Positions 48,801 to 56,700 of a DNA stretch of 64,000 bases are shown piece by piece. Position numbers and translations under genes: made by a program. The notes under the pieces were generated by a model, which saw only the letters and a list, made by a program, of their open reading frames with translations, was not told the origin of the DNA and made no database searches. Source of the DNA: an uncultured Bacilli bacterium (GTDB lineage: Bacteria > Bacillota_I > Bacilli_A > RF39 > UBA660); the NCBI GenBank assembly GCA_947629655.1, contig CANREL010000004.1, positions 13,577 to 77,576 of the forward strand, read 5' to 3'. Within the stretch, counting starts at the first letter, position 1. The number at the start of each line of letters is the position of its first letter.

Positions 48801-48958
48801 CTAAAGTGTTTAGACCATTCATTCAAGATTACAGTGCAAAGATGGGCGTTGCTCCAGATAAAGTACGCGATAATTTTCTTCGTAAGAAAGAACACATTTT
48901 TAGTGAGATGTCTAAATTTGCCCGTTCTGATAGAATTAATAAAGCAATTAGTAAATAA
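45878..48958 (+). CDS. large uncharacterised cytoplasmic protein, paralog A1 (1026 aa)
   Basis: RBS GGGTGGTGA. No signal peptide or TM helix. It has a helical N-terminal module, a conserved core (nt ~47410-48080) and a divergent C-terminal module, and is collinear with 53730-57098 and 57111-60092. Confidence 0.8.
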   Translation: MSYIKSFDEEEFESLKEYCQKYSSQYGLSAHVMELLDENGLYYLNKFVNDDEDFDERDFDTLIRAFFDGFDFYYDRLDDNYLLAAKEKLEETFSFFEDSHLDDEHKSEIVDNFFEILSSYTREELSDSKALYYLLTSDVFRRSNMVKEYLYNSYNSVATSKEKLVFFVKNLYDLLNKLPYEDAHKVDYIFLSSSDAFTYFLDVPEEMNIFFNERILSKFGKETLSFLFRMSDYSVFSSFCRSDDKFLSVVAAMNEYVLKKYNKNSYFFDGVFKFFNRFEKKDIRARKIIIDLFSEYYDKYFEESKKNGFENDEIFNNLLGLILQHRDVIYFLNEKNIENLDDFFKATREKIDELHTTIFGKEGLVKFKYGVFDPKKDFPPFEMRVQGLHDLKNAFLQRVYGITYEDAFYIASKYGTFIELCQDEIADEDRDVYEIVKTITDVANMIDYNGNKINNIRLAAHEFIKNKGLYNYNNGSCYPILLSLINRMYMHAYNDCVFKVDENSKVLYRQRKVPVIDAGVNFNMIVSSINAVDEFYTSRDNMMEKYNISSRSNNQGICASFINNESLGVISLRQPLIGYANLADDSLDAMGVGDIYSKTIDLDLLRANSTTGEGNYFFTPKKYIDYTRFGYNEMVVDRFLVKDDDDAIKVQPSYIVVYKIDDNYKKTRMYKKGIRMARDFGVPLVLVDVPKVKENERDIILQKEKELFKSSKVDKELLNEIVTRYMNNYSGSLTIMRSRNRRGNEWHYPKDFSVRGLTRFLDKVARKFEDFDEAQIEEWSQALNEVYNLEKEKNKMALQINDYEDSLSGGEFLLDDKIMFSEFVQNIKDRNINRLLLRKGMFDQDKYLHIPDVKVPSDVQLIVDLANLLCKSKVYANVSGHNGENIYQTKKTYDYSEEEKNAYGLVISYLLGDYSTNYFANLDTCDITNIKIDENIQRVERCLDGNDAFSNQNIDTELLLKVATDIEDLPTAIFSKVFRPFIQDYSAKMGVAPDKVRDNFLRKKEHIFSEMSKFARSDRINKAISK

Positions 48959-49017
48959 AAACTAAAGTGTAAATTAAAGTAAAATTGACGTAAAAACATT
49001 TTAGTTTTTTTTATTTT

Positions 49018-49026
49018 TGATAGAAT
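49018..49026 (+). promoter_or_regulatory. putative extended -10 element (TGaTAGAAT)
   Basis: Lies 32 nt upstream of the ATG at 49059. It is preceded by a weak large-loop hairpin and a T-run after the A1 stop. Confidence 0.35.
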
Positions 49027-49058
49027 GATAATATAGGAATATTAGGATAGGTGATTAT

Positions 49059-49877
49059 ATGGAAGATTTAGAAAAACTTGGAAAGTTTGAAACTTTACAT
49101 TTAGGTGGAACTGGTACTATGTACTTAGTACATGGGGAAACAAAAAATTACATTTATAAACCGGCTGAAAGTAAGTTCAGTCATCAAAAAGAACCTTTTA
49201 GAGGAATAGTTCAAGAATGTGCTTATGAATTACAAGAGATAGTTGATCCAGTTTCAGCGGTCGTATGTAGATATGTTGATGCGGGAAAGATTTGTGGATC
49301 TGTTCAGGAACTGATCGTCGTTGATAAAAATGCTCCTGACTATAGAGATATGCAATATGCTGGTCAAATACCTGAATTATCATCTTCAGAAGTTGATCAA
49401 TTCATGAGAGAATTTGTAACTGATTATTTATTGTACAATTATGATTCACACGGAAAAAATTTTATAACTGACCAACAGGGAATCATTAGAGGTATTGACA
49501 AAGAACAATCTTTTAGATACATGCGTGAAAAGAAAGCGCAAACACTTGATTTGTATTACTCACCTAATGCGGCTTATGGTGAAGCTGAACCAATATACAA
49601 TACTATTTTTAGAGCGTATCGCGATGGTAAATTAGACATTGATTACAGTGTCATCAGTGGATGCATGGATAGAGTTGAAGCAGTCAGTGAAGACAGATAT
49701 CGCGCCATATTCGCTCCTTATTGTGAAGCTTGTGGTAAAGCTTTTGGTCAAAATCCTAATGAGATGTTAGATCAGATTGTCGCAAGACGCAATACGATGC
49801 GTGAAAAAGTGGATACTTTCTTTCAGGGATTGACTGAGGAACGCGAAGTTAATTTGAGTTCAGGAAAGGGAAAATAA
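49059..49877 (+). CDS. minimal PI3K/PI4K-fold kinase (type II PI4K-like), substrate unknown
   Basis: Blocks are collinear with human PI4K2A as I recall it. GGTGTMYLV...IYKPAE matches GSSGSYFV...VFKPKNEE. GSVQELIVV matches GSFQLFVE. DYLLYNYDSHGKNFI matches DYIIRNTDRGNDNWLI. GIDKEQSF matches AIDNGLAF. Confidence 0.6.
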   Translation: MEDLEKLGKFETLHLGGTGTMYLVHGETKNYIYKPAESKFSHQKEPFRGIVQECAYELQEIVDPVSAVVCRYVDAGKICGSVQELIVVDKNAPDYRDMQYAGQIPELSSSEVDQFMREFVTDYLLYNYDSHGKNFITDQQGIIRGIDKEQSFRYMREKKAQTLDLYYSPNAAYGEAEPIYNTIFRAYRDGKLDIDYSVISGCMDRVEAVSEDRYRAIFAPYCEACGKAFGQNPNEMLDQIVARRNTMREKVDTFFQGLTEEREVNLSSGKGK

Positions 49878-49878
49878 T

Positions 49879-51147
49879 ATGTTAGATAGTGAGGATAAGA
49901 AGTATAATTTTCATTCTCATACTTTTAGATGTGGTCATGCTTCAAATCTTCCTGATTCCACTTATTTAAATGTGGCTTTAAATAACAACTATAATAAGTA
50001 TGGTATTACTGACCATGCGCCTGTTCATCCCATTTTTTATGGCGATTCCAAAATGCGCATGAATGATAGTGAGCGATATGAATATATAAATGCGATTAAC
50101 AATTTGAAAGTGATGTATGCTAAAGAACTAGAAGTCTTTTGCGGATTTGAAGCTGAGTATGACGAAATTATTGAAGAGTATCTATGCGATTTGCGCGATA
50201 GTGTCGATTACATGATTTTGGGACAACACTATGTCTTAAATAGAGATATTAGAAAAAGTCCCAATTATCCAATAGAGTATGCGAAAAAAGTTTGTAAAGG
50301 AATTGAGAGCGGTTTATTCGACATCGTTGCTCATCCTGATATCTTTATGAAATTTCGCACTTCTTTAAAAGATGATGATAGTAGAGAAACATTCATGAAA
50401 AATGCTTACTTAGCATCAAAAATGATTTGTGCTAAAGCAAAGGAATATAATGTACCGCTAGAATTAAATTTAGGAGGAGTCCACATCTTTCCTCGAAAGA
50501 GAATTGAAAGTTTAGATATTGCTCTACCAACTGATTTCTTTCAAGATGATGATGATATGGATTATATCGATTATCCAACAAATTTATTTTGGAATATAGC
50601 TATTGAAATGGGAAATAGTGCTGTCGTTGGAATCGATGCACATTTTCCAAATGAAATTGAAGATCGTGAAGAAAAATTAGAAAGAATTAATCGATATATT
50701 GATCTCTCTAAAATAAATTTTTTACCAAATTCTTATGATCCTGTTAAAGCACGTTTAAACAATCCCAAATTGGAAGAAGCATATCAAAAGACGAAGGACA
50801 GTTTAAATTCAGTTGAAGCGCGATTAATAGATGACATAGTTAGTAAGAGTCTTGAAAGTGATAAAGAAGTTAAGCGTCATTCTTTGGCAACACAAATATC
50901 ACGCAGTTTGAAGTCACCAACTCATATTAGAGCGGTTCCCTTTGGCAATGGTTTTCTAACTCAAGATCAAATATATGACGACATGACTAAAAGAAATAGA
51001 GATGAGTTAGCAATTGTCGCAAGAAATGGTATCATGAGAACAAAAAGTCGTGATAGTGATATTTTTAGAACAGAACTACTAAATGAAATAGATGCTTATT
51101 ACCGTCATCAAGAAGTTGTTAATAAAGAGATTAAAAAGAATAAATAA
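49879..51147 (+). CDS. PHP-domain phosphoesterase (HisJ/histidinol-phosphatase-like) with a ~130-aa C-terminal extension
   Basis: Metal-binding blocks FHSHTFRCGHA, GITDHAP, GFEAEY, ILGQHY, VAHPD and GIDAH. The ATG lies 1 nt after the kinase stop (TAAtATG). Confidence 0.8.
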   Translation: MLDSEDKKYNFHSHTFRCGHASNLPDSTYLNVALNNNYNKYGITDHAPVHPIFYGDSKMRMNDSERYEYINAINNLKVMYAKELEVFCGFEAEYDEIIEEYLCDLRDSVDYMILGQHYVLNRDIRKSPNYPIEYAKKVCKGIESGLFDIVAHPDIFMKFRTSLKDDDSRETFMKNAYLASKMICAKAKEYNVPLELNLGGVHIFPRKRIESLDIALPTDFFQDDDDMDYIDYPTNLFWNIAIEMGNSAVVGIDAHFPNEIEDREEKLERINRYIDLSKINFLPNSYDPVKARLNNPKLEEAYQKTKDSLNSVEARLIDDIVSKSLESDKEVKRHSLATQISRSLKSPTHIRAVPFGNGFLTQDQIYDDMTKRNRDELAIVARNGIMRTKSRDSDIFRTELLNEIDAYYRHQEVVNKEIKKNK

Positions 51148-51148
51148 T

Positions 51149-51180
51149 AAAGAGTAAAACTTGTTTTTACTCTTTTGTTT
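51149..51180 (+). terminator. rho-independent terminator
   Basis: Hairpin aaagagtaaaa/cttg/tttttactcttt followed by a T-rich tract. Confidence 0.7.
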
Positions 51181-51210
51181 TGATAAAATATTGTTAGAAT
51201 AAGATAGTGG

Positions 51211-52503
51211 GTGAAAAAGATGGTTAATGTGTCAAATAAAAAGATATTATCGCTAACGCTTAATGAACTTATTAATATATCTTTAGATGATACTTTAGTC
51301 ATGTTGAATAATGATTTGACCAAAGTGGATAAGTATAGTTCTGATTATGCTTTATCAATCGCATCAGCTATCGTAAAAAGAATATTTTTAATTAAGAATT
51401 TTGCCCATCAATATGATAAATTTTATAAAATAATAACTTCTAATGAATTTAGAAATAATAAATATATTTATAGTGCTTTAAAAGATGAAAATACAACGCT
51501 TAGTGATTTGTTAGACGTCTATGATGATGCTGAAGAATTGACTAGTCTCATCGATGCCATTCTCATGAAAAATGAAAAGATGTTTGATGAATTAGTCTAT
51601 GGTCAATACAATGTACGTGAATTGTTTTCTTTAGAATTTGTCAATAAATTTAATCATAATTCTTTTAAAAGAATTTTATCTTTTTTGTTGAAAGATAGTG
51701 ATAGAAAAAGAGTTGTTAAAGCTCTATTCAAAAATAAGAATAATAAATTCATATACATGGTATCAAAAATGGATGATGTCGTTTTACAATACAGTAAAGA
51801 TGATACGAGTTATTTAGATGCCGTTTTAGTCATGTTAAATTACAACAATTATCGTCATCTCTTATGGGATTATTACAATAAATATATTGGTAATATAGAA
51901 AATGAGAATCTTATGAACAGTCCAGAATATCGTAAAGAAGTACCTGATGAGTTAAAAGAATTATTAAATTATACTTTTGCACTGATGGATTATAAGTATT
52001 TAAATGACAAAGTTCCTGAGATAATATCTAGTATCGATGAGTTGATAAGTTCTTTAAATGAAGGAAAAGATATGGTTCATACTACTGTTTTTGGGGTCAG
52101 TGGTTATGAAAAGGTCAAGAATGAAAGTTTTGATATCTTATTTGATTTTCCAAAGATGGATGATGAAAATAAATTGTTGAATTTAAAGATTGCTTTTTTT
52201 AGTAATATATATGGTATAACTTATGATCAAGCAGGGAAAATAATTGATAATTTTGATGATTTTATGAAAGATTTTGATGGATCTTTTGATAAAAAAGATC
52301 AATTGATATATGAGACAGTGATAGCGATGAAGTCTTTATATGATTTAAAGTTAGATGATAAAGATGGAATTGATCTATATCGTGAAGTATATTATAAATA
52401 TGTTAAAAAGAATGGATTATATGCTCCCGTTGAGTTATCAGCGGCAATCATGATGGAAGAGTTGATGCATAGAATGTATGAGAATTCTATAGAAATAATC
52501 TAG
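51211..52503 (+). CDS. paralog A4: N-terminal module only (430 aa) of the large protein family
   Basis: Collinear with the N-terminal ~500 aa of A1-A3 (for example TTVFGVSGYEKVKN...NIYGITYDQAGKII...YKYVKKNGLY...LMHRMYENS). It ends just before the position of the conserved core. The start is GTG 51211 or ATG 51220. Confidence 0.75.
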   Translation: MKKMVNVSNKKILSLTLNELINISLDDTLVMLNNDLTKVDKYSSDYALSIASAIVKRIFLIKNFAHQYDKFYKIITSNEFRNNKYIYSALKDENTTLSDLLDVYDDAEELTSLIDAILMKNEKMFDELVYGQYNVRELFSLEFVNKFNHNSFKRILSFLLKDSDRKRVVKALFKNKNNKFIYMVSKMDDVVLQYSKDDTSYLDAVLVMLNYNNYRHLLWDYYNKYIGNIENENLMNSPEYRKEVPDELKELLNYTFALMDYKYLNDKVPEIISSIDELISSLNEGKDMVHTTVFGVSGYEKVKNESFDILFDFPKMDDENKLLNLKIAFFSNIYGITYDQAGKIIDNFDDFMKDFDGSFDKKDQLIYETVIAMKSLYDLKLDDKDGIDLYREVYYKYVKKNGLYAPVELSAAIMMEELMHRMYENSIEII

Positions 52504-52537
52504 TTTTATGTGATAGAATGTTATTAGGAGGTCTACT

Positions 52538-53641
52538 ATGAGTGAAATTTATAAAGACAATGAAAGAGTAGATGAAAGAGAAGCAGAAAAGAATTCTATT
52601 TTGGATGATTACTTAAAAGACGTTGGGCCAATTTCAAAATTTATTAATGAGGGCTTTGAAGAGATTGATAGGGATCTTGGCGTTCAAGATGGTGTTTTAG
52701 GATTTGCGGTAGGAGATGCTTTGGGTGTCCCTGTTGAATTTTCAAGACGTGAAACTTTGATAGATAGACCAGTTGTTGATATGATGGAGTATGGTGTTCA
52801 CAATCAACCAAAGGGAACTTGGAGTGATGATACTTCAATGATGATTGCTACAATGGATGCCATTATCAATAGTTCAAAGATTGATTATCACAAGATAGCT
52901 GATAATTTTTGCCTTTGGGCTAGCAGTAGAAAGTTTAATCCTCATGGTAAATTGTTTGACATTGGAATTACGACGAGTGATGCTCTTAAGCGTTACATGT
53001 TTGAAGGATGTGAGCCTACAAAAGCTGGCAATAAAGGTTATTATGACAATGGTAATGGTTCACTAATGCGCATTTTACCTTTGGCATATTACTTTAATAG
53101 TAATAAGATGTCCGATGAAGAGATGGCTACTATCATCAATAATGTCTCATCAATAACGCATGCTCATCCAATCAGTTGTATGGGATGTTATCTATACGTA
53201 AAATATGCCATGGATTTATTAGATGGAAAAGATTTCAATGAGGCTTATCAAGATCTACTAAGATGTGATGTATCAATGTATGATAATGATACAGTCAAAG
53301 CTTATGGTCGTATTTTAAGTGGTGAACTTGGACAAATAAAGGATCAAAATAAGATTAAATCTAGTGGCTTTGTCGTCGATTCTTTAGAGGCATCTATTTG
53401 GTGTTGCTTAAATAGTGATAATTATAAAGTTGCGACTTTGAAAGCTGTCAATCTTGGCGATGATACCGATACGGTTGGAGGATTGACAGGAGGATTAGCG
53501 GGTATTAAATATGGACGTGAAAGTATTCCTAAGAATTGGGTCGATTCTTTAGCACAAAAAGATTATTTAGTCGAGTTGTGTGATGAATATCAAAAAACGA
53601 TAAAAAAAACAGCAAATTTGAATAAAATTAGACATGTTTAA
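52538..53641 (+). CDS. ADP-ribosylglycohydrolase (ARH/DraG family) with a ~47-aa N-terminal leader
   Basis: Motifs GFAVGDALGVPVEF, WSDDTSM, GNGSLMR and LGDDTDTVGGLTGGLAG, so the metal-binding acidic residues are present. RBS AGGAGG. Confidence 0.9.
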   Translation: MSEIYKDNERVDEREAEKNSILDDYLKDVGPISKFINEGFEEIDRDLGVQDGVLGFAVGDALGVPVEFSRRETLIDRPVVDMMEYGVHNQPKGTWSDDTSMMIATMDAIINSSKIDYHKIADNFCLWASSRKFNPHGKLFDIGITTSDALKRYMFEGCEPTKAGNKGYYDNGNGSLMRILPLAYYFNSNKMSDEEMATIINNVSSITHAHPISCMGCYLYVKYAMDLLDGKDFNEAYQDLLRCDVSMYDNDTVKAYGRILSGELGQIKDQNKIKSSGFVVDSLEASIWCCLNSDNYKVATLKAVNLGDDTDTVGGLTGGLAGIKYGRESIPKNWVDSLAQKDYLVELCDEYQKTIKKTANLNKIRHV

Positions 53642-53673
53642 AGAAAAAGTGTTATCATTTTTTCTTTTTTTTT
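53641..53673 (+). terminator. possible rho-independent terminator (A/U-rich stem)
   Basis: Hairpin aagaaaaa/10-nt loop/tttttctt followed by a T-run. Confidence 0.4.
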
Positions 53674-53701
53674 GACCTTGGTCATCAATATTTGTTACAA
53701 T
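53672..53701 (+). promoter_or_regulatory. putative sigma-A promoter of the A2-A3-ORF70 unit
   Basis: TTGACC, an 18-nt spacer and TACAAT, located 28 nt upstream of the ATG at 53730. Confidence 0.5.
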
Positions 53702-53729
53702 TATATTAGAATAGGATAGGTGTGGTAAC

Positions 53730-56700
53730 ATGGATGATCAAAGTATTGATAATGATTCTTTCTTGGAAGAAGATGATTTATATAGTGCAGTTGTAAACTC
53801 AGATGAAGAATTCGATGATGAGGATTTAGAAGATACACTTGATTTAGGTCTCTTTTCTAAAAATGATATGGACGAATCACCTAGTTTTGACGATGAAGAA
53901 GACTTACCGGAATTAGATAGTGATACTTTAAATGATCCTTTTCAAGATCCCTTTGATTCATCTTTGAGTAAAAGTTTCTTTCCACAGATGCAGGCCGTTT
54001 TAAAAAAGAGTGAAGCTATTGCTGTTAAACCAAGTATTTTAGATAAAAAAATTGTTGAATTAGAATCTATTCCCATTCAGGAATTGAGTGAAAAATTACT
54101 TGAAGAGATTAGAAGTTTAGAAAGTGAGACACCAGAATTTAGAAATGCACAATTACAAAGTATTTTTTCAAGAATATTAGAATTTCAACCAGTCAATAAG
54201 GCCGGTTCAACAAATGATTCGCATTTTGAAAAATATGAACAGAGATTGTTTACTGATCTAGTAAGTGCGATTGGCCTTTCCGATATCGATTTTGTCAAAG
54301 ACTTTTTAAAGTCAAGTTTTAAGTACGGCGGAAATAGTAGTAAAGTTCAACAGCGAAAATTATTATTACAAGTATTCGATTATTATGATACTCATTCTGA
54401 AGATGCCATTGAAAAATTCAATTACATATTTAGAAGTAGTGAAGCTATAGGTATAATGTTACTTGATGAACCAGAACTTTTAAAGACGCAATATTTTTCT
54501 AATCGTGTCATGGAACTATTTAGTAAAGAAAGTTTATCGCAACTTTATAGATTTAAATTTGTGATGGGTTATCAAGAGTTGGAGAATTTAGTCAAAGAAG
54601 AAAATGCTAAAGCTCTTTTTGTCGTTTCCCAAATGTGTAATTATAGTACCAATGTCATCGGTCATGATTTTGAATTCATGTCAGCTGTTTTTAAACAAAT
54701 TTCAACAAATCCAAAATTTTTTCAGTTGTTGAGTGATTCTTATGATTCTTTAGTTCATGGTGATGAAAAAGCTCATATGGCCAAAAAGGAATTAGAACCC
54801 GAATTTCGTAAATTGATGAATTATATATTGAATCAGTCATATGATAAAAGAGCGCTTGGTAGAAGTGACCATAGTAATATTTCAACACTTGCTGATTTTA
54901 TGAAATATGTTTCTAAACAGAGTGAAGAATTTCATGATTATGTCGTTAGACCTGGTACTTTATCAAAGATAGAAGATGAAACTTTTGATCCTGAAAATGA
55001 TTTCTTGAAAATTACTGATAAACAAGATTTACAAAATTTTAAACGTGGTATATTGATGGGAATTTATGGTATAAGTTTTGAAGAAGCTAAACATTACGTA
55101 TCACAATATGGTCAATACATGGAAGCTTTGGAAAAAGGAATTGTCGATGAAGATAAAGAAATTCTTCAGGTTTTAAAATCCATATGTTCAATTGTCAAAC
55201 TAGATGAAACTGATCAAAATTTTGAATCAAAAATTAGTCAGTTACAAACTGCTTATGCATATCAGATTAAGAAAAATGGACCTTATTTCCAAGATAAATA
55301 CGTTTCGACGATGATTCTTCAAGGTTTATTCAATAGAATGATAATGAATACTTATAACAAGAGAAATCTTTTAGCTTCCAGTTGTGAAGAACTTGGACGT
55401 GATGACGATGTAGTCTTGTTGGATGCGGGATATGATTTTGATATGGTAGTAACGTCTTTTAGTGGCGTTGAGAGTTTTTATCAATCTGGAGTTAATATGG
55501 CTAGTAAGTGGAATACGGCAGCTCTATCAGAAGGTCAAGGTCTTTGTGTATCACATATTTCTTCTCAAAATTTAGGAGTAATTTCTTTACAATCTCCAAT
55601 TATTGGATTTAGTAAGATTCCACAATACGCTTTAGATAGTATGGGACCAAATGATATATTCACTAATATCTCCAGTTATAATTTGCGCATGTTAAATGAA
55701 AATCGTGGTCGTGTTCAAAATCGTTTTTTCATTCCAGCTAATGTCATGTCTGATGAACAGCGATATGGTTATAATGAGATTTTGCTTGAAAGATTTTTAT
55801 CACAAGATGAAAAAGGCGATATCAAAATACAACCTAGTTATGTGGTATGTTATAAGATGAATGAAAATTATAAACAGTCTTTAAATTATAAACAATCTTT
55901 GAAAGTAGCTAAAGACTTTGGCATTCCAATGGTTGTCGTCGATGTCATGAAGATTAAGGAAAAAGAACAAAGTATCATCGAAGAACAACAACAACAATTG
56001 TTGAGTAGTGAAAAAGTCGATCTTGCAATGATGCATGATATTGTGACGCGATATATGAATAATTATACGGGATCTTTGACCATGTGTTGGGAGAATCAAT
56101 CTGATTGGCGCTATAGAGAAGATTTCTCAGTACCGGGAATGCGTAATTTTTTTGATGAAGTATTTCGAAAAATTTCCAGTATTGATGATGAAAATTTACA
56201 AAAAGAGTGGTTGGATGCTTTAGAATTCGCTTATCGTGATGAAAAGAGAAAGAATGATTCTGCTCATAAAGTTAGCAGTTATAAAGGATCAGTTCGAGGA
56301 TTTATTTTTGATCGTGATATGGAGAGTGGTGGATTTGATCTGTTGACTAGAATTACTGATGCAAGAAATGGAAAGTTCACTTATGCAAGCGAAGTGTATG
56401 TGGAAGATGAACCAACTGCTGATTTAGGTATTGTAACGCAAGTTAAAGTTACTAAAGTCATGTTATCGGATGGTGTCACAGAAGGTATTTTTGTCACTCC
56501 ACAAGAACTTAAAGAGGAAGATATTGCCATTATCAGTCTAACTAATGCGATGGAGATGGGTTCAACTTTTGACCTTGAAGATTATTCTCTAAATGGAGTT
56601 GATGGTTTTGCCATAAAATATAATGAGGTAGAAGATCAAGATGTTGTCGCAGCTGAAAATTTAGTCGTAAGTTATCTATTTGCCAATTTTGAAAGTGCCT

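Noticed and set aside
49018-52519. The shared TGATAGAAT / AGGATAGGTG sequences upstream of island genes as a dedicated regulatory motif.
   Set aside because: The same style of extended -10 followed by a short leader and a GGTGGTGA-type RBS occurs upstream of unrelated genes in the window (for example 2878, 11548, 19053 and 35542). It reflects the general promoter and RBS style of the genome.
49059-53641. The kinase and ARH genes look GC-richer than the large paralogs, which could suggest horizontal acquisition. My hand counts per 60 nt were 38-43% in the kinase and 45% in ARH, versus 22% in a stretch of A1.
   Set aside because: A 60-nt sample of the housekeeping pyrH gene gave 42% by the same count. 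The difference therefore tracks protein type (Gly/Ala-rich enzyme cores versus K/N/I/E-rich helical proteins) rather than foreign origin. A proper windowed GC and codon-usage calculation would be needed.
55861-55900. An apparent tandem 18-nt duplication in A2 encoding NYKQSL-NYKQSL.
   Set aside because: A1 (NYKKTRMYKKGIRM) and A3 (PYQTSMRYEMCLKT) have a similar two-part pattern at the same position. It is therefore an old structural feature of the family, not a recent slippage repeat.
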